Below the pieces are notes generated by a model that saw only the letters and a list, made by a program, of their open reading frames with translations, ran no database searches and was not told the DNA's origin. The translations under genes were made by a program, and so were the position numbers. From Lama glama (Eukaryota): a DNA stretch of 64,000 nt. Positions within the stretch are counted from its first letter, which is position 1; the number at the start of each line of letters is the position of its first letter. The DNA is taken from NCBI GenBank assembly GCA_028534125.1, contig CM052816.1:59336001-59400000 (forward strand), in the 5' to 3' direction. This document shows positions 54,396-64,000 of this stretch, piece by piece.

Positions 54396-55659
54396 CTGTA
54401 AGTAAACAAAATCCTCGGGTTATGCTGAATCCAGTACACTTGACAACAGGGAAGAAAACTGAGACACGAAGTAATGGAGTGCTGTTGGGGCAGCAGCAAA
54501 CTCAGGCTGGAACCAGAGACGGCCAGTGCTGGGCCCTGAGCTCTAGAAGGCTGCTCCCTGGCCGCCCCGCAACTATGCCTCTTCCCACAGTGCGATGAGT
54601 CTGGGGGCCAACAGGAAGTGGCAGCTTCTTCTCTCCTAGGACACACTCAGAATGCCGCCCAGAATCCCAGGGTTCCTGGCCAGTGCCTCTCATGGCCTCT
54701 TCCCCAGGTCCACCCTCCCCAGGGCAGACCTCCCTGCAGGGGTGCCCCCTCGGCCTTCGGAGTGGGCCGGGGCTCAGGACAGAATGAAGTTTGGCTGTGT
54801 GAGGCCCTGGCAGTGCAGGGCCAAGCTAGGGTGGCCCGGGAGCCAGCTCTCCCCACATCACCACGCTCTGGGGCAGAACTCAGAACCCAAACCTAAGAAA
54901 TTTAACTTCAAATCTGGCTTCCTTGTCATGAAGAAATAACTATCCAGGCAGGATGACAGAACAGATTTTCTGAACAGTTTGTTAACACGACGTAACTTTA
55001 AAATACTGAGACGCAAGTGCTCGGGCCTCCTTTCGTGCTACTGCCCCAACCCCACAGAGGTCGGGTAGGCTTAGCGGCAGATACAAAGCCCAGACAAATG
55101 GTCCCTGGCCATGTGACACTCAAATTTAAGTCCCCATATATCTGCTGTTGGAAAGCCTGTATTTGTTTACATGTATTTTTGGTCAGTTAATAGCTTAAGA
55201 AATGTGATGCTTTCGTAAACTCTTTCCATGTTTATTTACATGTTTTACCAAATGATACAAAAGTCAAAAAAAATCTGATTGGATGACACAAATAACGCCC
55301 TTCAGCATTATACTGTTAATTGTATTTTCACTCCAAAAATACAGGAAACCAGAGAAAACTGGGATGTTGTATTGGTGTCGTACAAGGGAGACTTGGCAGC
55401 GGGGAGGTGGATTTTGCTGGAGGTGAAGAGAGTCATTAGAGAAAGATGATGGATGGACTAGTTGGGGGGACACAGGAGTCCTAAATGGGTATGCAGTTGA
55501 TGGCAGAGCTTTACACTGAATGAAAAAAGAAGGAAGCTGGTGGAACTGGGGAGAGAGACAGGCGGATGCGTGGCTGTGCTCTGGGATTTTGGCTCTCCTC
55601 TCGTCGTGGCTGGTACAATGGGTGGACAAGGATCAGTTGGGATGTGGACGCCTGGAGTG

Positions 55660-55910
55660 ACAATGCTGGCCAGCCTGACCTAGTTGACATTTATGGAGTG
55701 TTCCAGCTGGTAGCAGGGAGCACATTCTTTTCAAGTCAAACATAATACTCACTAAAGGTACGGTGCTAACACTTTCAGTGTTTAAAAGAATCAAAATACT
55801 ATAAGTCATGTATTCTGACCATAGTAGAATTAAAATTAAATCAATAATAGAAAGACATATGGAAAATGCTGAAATACTTGGAAATTAGAGACCTCACTTG
55901 AAAATAAATT
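55660..55910 (+). mobile_element. Old L1 ORF2 endonuclease-region fragment
   Basis: tgacctagttgacatttat...cacattcttttcaagt...ttctgaccatagtagaattaaaatta. Confidence 0.65.
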
Positions 55911-58900
55911 ATATTCACCACTGGGATGAAATCATATGGGAAATAAAAGTATATATATAGAAAACCATCTTAAGTAAAAATTTTTTTCCTCATAATACAC
56001 CAGAAGGGGGAGCTAAACATACTCATCTCAAATTTCTCAAACTGCAAAAGTAGGTAAATGACAGTCTTTATGAAAACACCGACATGTCCAGACTGTTTAT
56101 CAGCCACCAATAAGTAGCGTTTTAGACACTTAAGAATGCACGGTGATGAACCTTATATAGGAATAGTTTATATAATCTAAGAAAGACTAAATATTGGCAC
56201 TTTTGTTCCAGTGAGATTTCAGTGGTGTGATTCCTTATTAGAAGCCATACACCATGTTAAACAAATTTCTAATGAAGCCCAGCTTTCTAATACTGAGTCA
56301 GCAGAGAAAAATAACAGACTCACAATACCTTAGCACAGTAAGATTATGTTATTAAATCTTGACCTCAGAGAATTAAGTATGATTTACGTCATTTTGGAAA
56401 CCCAAACCCTGCAATGTTAGATGCTTTTAGGTTGCAGTATTCCTTGAGACAGACAGTAATGTGATCTCGCCACCTAACTCTGCTAGCCACTGCAGTTACC
56501 CAGGATGAAGGGAGAAGAGCTAAGCTAAGGGAGAGAACCCGGTAGCAGCACTCTCCGGGAGGACGCTCTACGACGGTGGAAGTGCTCCGTGCGCGGGGCT
56601 GTCCCGCAGGGCAGCAGCACATGAGCGCCTGAAGTGTAGCTCTTCCAACTGGGAAACTGAATTCGTAGCTTTTATGGATTTAAAATAGAACAGCTATGTG
56701 TGGCTAGTGAGCACAGTATTGAAGAATGCCGTCCTATCACCTGAGCAAGGGCCCCTTTTGACTCCGGAGTTGACTTTGTGCTACGAAGACCCCCACTATA
56801 AAACCATCCCCGAGGACAGGGCATCCGGACATGGGACTTATCAAACCTGAACTCAGGGCACACAAAGTATCACTCAATTCCCTGGGTGACTCTTCCCTAC
56901 TGTAAAAGCACCTGAACACCTTCTGGACTTCATAAAAGCAGGACAGATAACGTCCCCGACTTTCCAACAGTCGCTATGCAGAGAGCTGCGTGGGAACCTT
57001 GTTTCACCTGTTTCCTCCACCACCTGAGCCTATGGACACCTGGGGAACCTGCTAGAACGACAGATTCCCAGGGATGACTACAAACCCCCAGAATCAGAAC
57101 AGGAATGGAGCTAGCAGCCTGTTTTGTGTTAGTAACAAGTTTTAGGACATGCTATTATGATAAGCAAATCCATGTGGGTGACTCCCCAACCCCCTGAAAA
57201 AATCCAGCAATGACATCGCCCAAATGTTAACATCTAAGTACACCTGAAAAGGACTTAAAACACAAATATTTTGCAAGTTTTGTACACTTTATAATTAAAA
57301 GCACTGTAAAATAAAGAAAAGAAATACTGTAAAATGAAAGAGCATAGCCTTTCATTTCCTCCGATAAAACTATAAACTACTTCCCTTTGCCTTAGATTAT
57401 CAGCTCACACAAACATCCTCCCCTATAAACGCCTTCAACACTGAGCAAATTGAAATACCATCCTGTCAGCATATGTAACAGAAGGAACACAGAAAGGTAG
57501 AGAAGTGCTGTAGAGAAATGTTACTAATCAGGGCTCCCTGGAGCATTTCTCCTTAGCCCTCTCAAACTTAAGAGATTTCAGCACATGGCAAGATGCAAAA
57601 AGCTCGAGATGAAACAGTAAACACATGAACCCAGACATCCACACAACACTTGTCCAACGAACATGCCTAGTTCTCCTTTCTCTTCCCTCATGAATTAACA
57701 CAAGCATTTTTCTATTAAAAAAAAAAATCTTTGAAGCTGGCAAGTGAAAGTGGAATTACTTAATAAAGGTTTACCTCCTCCCAGAATCTTATCAACACGA
57801 TCGTTTCTGCAGGCAAATATGAAAGTTGAATTAAGTGATAATTAAAAATTTCACCTGTGATTGAAATATGCACCCAAGAGTTGTTAACATTACTGGGTTG
57901 GGAAATACTATACATAAAATCATTTCTATCACTCTTATTTCTTCCCTTCAGCTTGGAGGAGGAGGAAAAATAAAAAAACAAAAACATTTCCTTAGTCCTT
58001 TCAGTGTTTCTGTGGCAAAAACTGGTAGTTTACTTTCCACATCCTGTGCTACAAAATATCATTTGTTTCACTGGTACAAGTACTACATGTAGTTTCTAAA
58101 AGGCATTGTGATGGCTATCAGGTATCTGCAACAACACTGGAACCTTGCTCAAAGTGCACCCCAGAACTCTTTAAAAAGAAAAAAAAAAAACTAGATGTAT
58201 ACATTGGGAGGGACAGGTACCCTTTTTGTAATATAGCAAATTTACCACTGAATTTTTAATACTGAAAAGCTTTATTACCCAAATGTATTATCATAGCTGA
58301 TCAAAGCAACAGGAGTTTTAAAAGGTAAATTTTACAAAGAGAGAAAATTAAAAAAAAACCCCAACAATTCAAGGATTTCCCATGTTCTAATACAACATCT
58401 ATGATTCAATCCACTTCCCCTTTAAAATATTTAAACACAGGGAATGTGGAAGCTTTACCCAAGAAGCCTTTAAAACTCCCATCTTCTACTTTGCACAGCA
58501 GGATCAATTAACATTGAAAGTCTAAAAAGCACTCTAAAGCAACAGATTCATTATTTCAACAATTCTACAATCAACTATTCCTTTAATTTTATTAATTACA
58601 CAGGGCCAACAGTCACATTTCCGTTAGAACCCATTTTAAGAAATTCCAACAGGAAATGACAATCGTTACGAAGTACCAAATTTGGCAAGTCGTTCTTTGA
58701 AAAGTCCATGATAAAGTACCACATCATACAGTTCAATAAACTAAACCACAATGGAACTTAAAAAAAAAATCCAAAATATATAGATCATAGATGGTGGCTA
58801 TTAAACAAAATACAAATTAACAGAGCAGAATCCTCACCAAGTTTATATATAAATTCTCATTTGATTTTGCCTTCCAGACAGATTTCTATCCCTGACTGAG

Positions 58901-60034
58901 GAATGCTTTTTGGTTTTTGAATCCTGCTGTATCCAGTGTATAAGTCTGGAAAGCCAAGTCTAATCTTAAAACGCTGGGTGAATTTCAGATTCCTCTACTA
59001 CAATCCAACACTGGTTTTTCACTTAGCTGAATCATTTTTCATCAAAAGAAATCAGTATTACTGATGAGGAGAGAAGACAAGAAAGAACAGCAGAAGAGTC
59101 TAAAAGTGGCAGAGAAGCCAAGACGTTTACTGGTTCAAAAGAAGAGAGGAATCCATCTCTAACAAGAACGCGGATGAAATGGGGGTCCCAGGCTGCGGAG
59201 AATTTTTGATGACACATCAGATGTTGCATTTTCCACTAGTTCTACTTTCCTCCTCTGCCCTGGTGACAACCGATCACATGGAACAGAAGAGAGCCTTCTC
59301 TCCCGACGTAGGCCCTTCCCAAACCACTGACACGGACAGGCCTGAACAGTCCTTGGGCACCAGTGGTGTGTGGGAGACGGCATTCCTCACTTTAAAGGGT
59401 GCCAACACCGCTACAAAGTGCAAGATGAAACCAGCACACAGCTGCACCTTTTGGAAGCCTTCTCCATTAAAAAAAAAAAAGATATTTCAGAGTTAGTGCC
59501 TGGCAGGGATGAATGGAAAATTTAAGCTGAAATTCTGGGACTCCAGAGACTGCCCCAGCCAAGTATTTCATTACTGATGGAAGCAGCTTGGAAGTGCATA
59601 AAAAACTGCCACTTACCTTTTAAAATATAATACAAACACACAGAGAAGAAAATGTATAGGCAAAGTGAGGATCAATATTAAATCAAGATGTTTGTTTATT
59701 AACTGTTGCTGAATCAAAACTTTATTTCTGCCTGAATCTCTCTCATTCTTCCAAATGAAAAATGTACATTCTGGTGGGTATAAATCTAACAAATCTCAAT
59801 ACTTTTCTTAAATAAACCTTATAAGCACGTTTATACTTTATGCTTATAACAGTTAATACCCTGAACGTTTAAACTTCTCAAGTTCTGTGAGCAAAGCCAT
59901 AACCAATCCTAGCTAAGATAATGCAGCTAAAAAACTAAAAGCAAAAAACAAACAAACCAAAATACCTGAAAAACCAACCAAACAAAAAACAATTATGGGT
60001 TCCTTAGTTTTAGAACACACCTGTTTAATCAAGG

Positions 60035-60270
60035 GTTAAATTATTAAAAGCACAGGTTTAAAGCCAAAGAGACCTGAGTTTTAATCTTGGCTTTGCCACT
60101 TACTAGATATATCTTGGGTGTATCAGTTAACTTGAACCCCAGTTTCTTGATCTGGAAAATGGGAATAATTTTAAGTGTAACAATGATTAAATGAACATAA
60201 AAACAAACATGCGTAGGCATAGTGCCCAGAATGTAGAAAACACAAACTAATGGGTAGCTATTATTAATTT
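60035..60270 (+). mobile_element. MIR SINE
   Basis: gacctgagttttaatcttggctttgccacttactag...cagtttcttgatctggaaaatgggaataat. Confidence 0.85.
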
Positions 60271-61999
60271 AGAATTATTCATGTAATCTTTTTCATTATT
60301 ATTAATAGATTTTTTTAAAATACCCAATTGCAACGGCAAATTTTAAGACCAGCAACTACTATGAAAGACTGAGAGAGAAGGAATTCTCAGTACTTTAAGG
60401 TAGCGAACCGAAAGTATATTTAGTAGAGGAGGCATGCATTTTGCCTTTCTCTATATAGAAATGCTCAATATCTTTTCAAAAGCCATGTCTAAGTTATCAC
60501 ATGATTTTGAATATACTGCACTTTTCCCCTATAAGGACTATTTATTTGAGTTATTATACTTCAGTTTTCTGAATGTAAAGGAAAGATGAAGTTGGAATGA
60601 TACTGAATTTGGTGAAAACAAGGACTTTTGGGGGAGGAAGAAGAAAAAAAATATGGGCACTGAAAATGGGAGTAGAAAGAGAAGGTGTGAAAGTCAATCT
60701 TCAGTTGAAAACAACTACACTGTTTTCAGACATAAATAGGTGGAGGGAATTAAAAGGGTTGTCAACAGATTTAAACAAGAAGTCTGCAAATCTTTTCAGA
60801 TACCCTGAACTAATTAATTAGTCTTTAGTATCTTTAAGTTTATCTTCTGGTTTATCTCTTCTGCTCCACAGCTTAAAAACAAATGAAAGGGATCTGAGAT
60901 CTTCTGCTCATTTAATTTTTATTTCTAGAGAAGAGACTAGTATAGGAAAAAAAAACAAACGGGCAAAGACTTTATCAAACATAAGCAGACATTACAGCTT
61001 TGCTTCTGCTGGCCTTAGCCAAAGAGATAACTGAGATGCAAGATTATACTTAATCTCTGACAGTCTGGCCTAATTAATTGTGATTCTTATCACCTAAATT
61101 GGAGTCTGATTTAAAGATTACAATTTACAGCATATAGCAAATTAAGATGCTGGGCAGGAGATAAATGGGGAAGAGAAAGGGACCCCCCCCTCCAACACAT
61201 ACACCAGGAAAATAATTTACAGTTGAGTCCCTGGGATTTCAGAGGCTAATGGTTTATAAGGGAAGTTGATCCTCTGGTCTGCTGGCTTAGAAAGATTGCA
61301 TATGGTGTGTGACTGAGAGGCCCCAAAAGGGAAGGAAAGATGGGGAAATCACATGACATTTATACAATGGGTGCTTGACTGTTTGTGGAACGACTGTTAC
61401 TGAACATCAATTGGGAGTTACACTTGCACACAAAGTATTTTACAGACATGCCTATGCTTCGTTTTCATAGCAGTTCCTTATCAACTTCAATTAAAAGGTG
61501 AGGAGACAGAAATTAAGTCACTTGGTAACAAAGCTCATGAATAATGTTCCTGAGTTCCACTTGGACCTGTTTCTATCAGCGTCCACAAGTCCCAGTCAAG
61601 GGAAGAAACCTGTGATGAGTTTCCCTAAGTTTCCTGCCAAGACTCCCTAATTTAAAGGGTAACTGTGATAAGGGTGTCATGTGACACACAGATACTGATG
61701 CTCACCCGACAAGTGGGTAGCCAGAGTACTTTCTGGTGCCCGCAAGTAAAACGACCCTGATAATAGCAGTTTTTGCACTTCCCCCCAAACAAACAATTCA
61801 GTAGTTTCACCCTCACAGGAACATATTTTGAACTGCAGATAATTAACATCATAAAGAGAAAGGAATGGTAACCCAGTTAACAAGAGGGAGGTGGGGGCTC
61901 CAGGTGAGCCAAGCTCTCCCCTTGGGGTTCAGCAGGGGGGCCGTGGAGGCACTCACTTCTCTCCCACTTCTATCTGATAATGGGTTTCACAGTCACAAG

Positions 62000-62418
62000 C
62001 AGGAAATGTTAGAAATGCTCACAAATAATAAAGCAGGGTCTTCCCATGTAACTTGAGAAGCCCCGATCTCACAAGAGTTGAAGGATCCTCTGATCAGGAG
62101 AGGGCAGAAGTAAGAGAGAAACTGGACAGAAAGATACTACTGGTGGAACCAGAGACCAGAAAGAAGTGTTCTGATGTAGACTGGAACGTCACTAACTAAC
62201 AGCGCAGAAACAGAACGCTGGCTGACCCAGGAGAGAGTGCGGAGCGGGGTGCCAAAGATGCAGATCTGTCCAGTGAGGTGGAACAGGCAGACTTAAGGAA
62301 GCCTGGATGGAAATCAAAGAAAAGAACTATCAACCCTCAGAAGAGCTGAGAAACACTTTTTTGTTGTTTAAGCCACCCAGAATATGGTATTTTGTCATGA
62401 CAGACTGAGCCACGTACA
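62000..62418 (+). mobile_element. MLT1-family LTR remnant
   Basis: 3' terminus ttgttgtttaagccacccagaatatggtattttgtcatgacag; the 5' boundary is uncertain. Confidence 0.65.
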
Positions 62419-62549
62419 TCAACATGCTACACCCAAAGAAAGGAAAGAAAATGTAAGTCTAGGAAAAAATCAATGTCAATGTCAATTCTTTAGGTGTTTA
62501 GTAAGCATCCTGTGTCAACATGTCCCCAAAGGCAGCAGTTTAGGGAGGT

Positions 62550-62700
62550 GCTTCCTCAACTTTGATGTGTATTAATAACCTTTGATGTGTAATAATAATC
62601 CAATAGTAGATCGGGGTGAAGTTTGGGGTTTTGCATTTCCAGCAAGCTCCCGGGTGGTGCGCACGCTCCTGGTCCTCAGACCATACTTTGAGTAGCAAGG
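62550..62700. mobile_element. MER5A-like MITE remnant
   Basis: tgcatttccagcaagctcccgggtg...ggtcctcagaccatactttgagtagcaag. Confidence 0.7.
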
Positions 62701-62955
62701 CTTGACAGTGAGCCTGCCAGTCAGAAAAAGAATATCCAGATCGCTGTGGGAGACAGACTCCCAGTGCTTAACCTTCACACTGATAACTTGTTGCCTAAAT
62801 GCCCTGGGCTTCACGGGCTGATCTACACCAGATCCCATGGCCCAGCATCTCAACTTATATAGGTAGATGATGCTGCCTGACTCAGAGGGTCTAGCTCTCA
62901 AATAGAATTAGACCTGCTACTATACCCTATTAGATATCAAAAGAGAGTGCTGCTC

Positions 62956-62996
62956 TGTGTGTGTGTGTGTGTGTGCGCGTGCGTGCGCGCGTGCAC
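62956..62996. repeat. (TG)n merging into a (CG/TG) alternating purine-pyrimidine tract
   Basis: Read directly. Confidence 0.9.
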
Positions 62997-63219
62997 CATT
63001 GTGTGGGGAGAGACCACGCGGGTCACAACCTGCCCAAGGTCCCACAGAAGTTCGGGCCAAGGGCTGGAACTCAGTTTTCCTGACGCCCATACCAGAGCTT
63101 TTCCCACCTTGCCACATTCGACTCAGCTCTTTAAATTGAGTGTTGGGGGTGGGGTGGGGGTGGGGATGTGGGGTTAGAAAATAATAGAAAGGCGGATCTG
63201 ACAAATTACTGCTAGTACT

Positions 63220-63450
63220 ACTACTACCAATAGCTCCCAAGTATTGAACAATTCACATTGGAAAGTGCTTCACGCTGTGTGTGCTTTATCTCAGTCTGCG
63301 GAACCTCGCGTGGTACTGTAATTGTCCCCATTTTACAGACAAGGAAACTGAGGCTAAGCACAGTGAAGCAAGTTGGCTGAAGACATGCTAGCAGTCAGTG
63401 GTAAAGACAGGATTTTAAAGAACAGATGGACTTCAAAGCTGGCCATCCCC
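63220..63450 (-). mobile_element. MIR SINE
   Basis: ccccattttacagacaaggaaactgaggct. Confidence 0.85.
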
Positions 63451-64000
63451 GCTCCAGGAATCTCACTGCCTCTCCAGGCAGACGTGCTGCCTGACGCCAT
63501 TCTGCAGGTTGCAGAGTATTGGGAAGCTGGTAGAAAATCCTTGCAGAATACTGCTGGTAAACCCTCAGCAAGGAGACACCCCGTTATAACCCTCAAGAAC
63601 ACGAGGTGCATCTGCTCCACCAGAGCCTGGACTGGCAGGCCAGCCTCTTACCATCACCTCTGCTTTATCAAGACTGAACCTCTGCCAGGCCACTCCGCCC
63701 GCCAGGCTAAATATTTTCAGGCCAGCATTTATTAAATATTTTCTCATAAGGCTAAATGAAGCACATTCTTCCCCAAGGATGTAATGGATTTTATTTAGCT
63801 AAATATAGTTGGCTAACATCACTTTCAGCAAGGTACAGATGGACTTATTTTGGTTAATAATCAGATGGGGAAAGGGCCCAGTAAGTAACTTACAAAAAAA
63901 TATAGACACACACACACACACACATATATAGTAATATATGTCAAAGGATTCTAAAATGAAATATTAACAAGATGCTTAGTAAGGATGTGAAGGGGCTTAA

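Overview
Mammalian genomic DNA, almost certainly camelid: it carries a Vic-1-type tRNA-derived SINE and cetartiodactyl-like protein residues. The right ~36 kb holds the 3' two-thirds of PIK3R1 (PI3K regulatory subunit p85alpha) on the minus strand. Coding exons 3-8 and 12-16 (human-equivalent numbering) are readable with canonical GT/AG ends and consistent phases. The alternative first exons of p55alpha and p50alpha and a ~4 kb 3'UTR are also present. Exons 9-11 must fall in a 500-N assembly gap, and the first coding (SH3) exon lies beyond base 64000. The left ~27 kb is transposon-rich intergenic DNA (nested L1s, Tigger/MER DNA elements, MIR, MLT1). I found no novel gene system. The most unusual signal is a sharp local GC/CpG gain over the last coding exon (60 of 62 codons end in G/C, against 15 of 47 in exon 12). 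It includes an S689G-equivalent change, and a similar CpG spike lies inside an old MLT1 LTR. Both suggest GC-biased gene conversion. Comparisons to human, bovine and repeat consensus sequences are from memory and need alignment.
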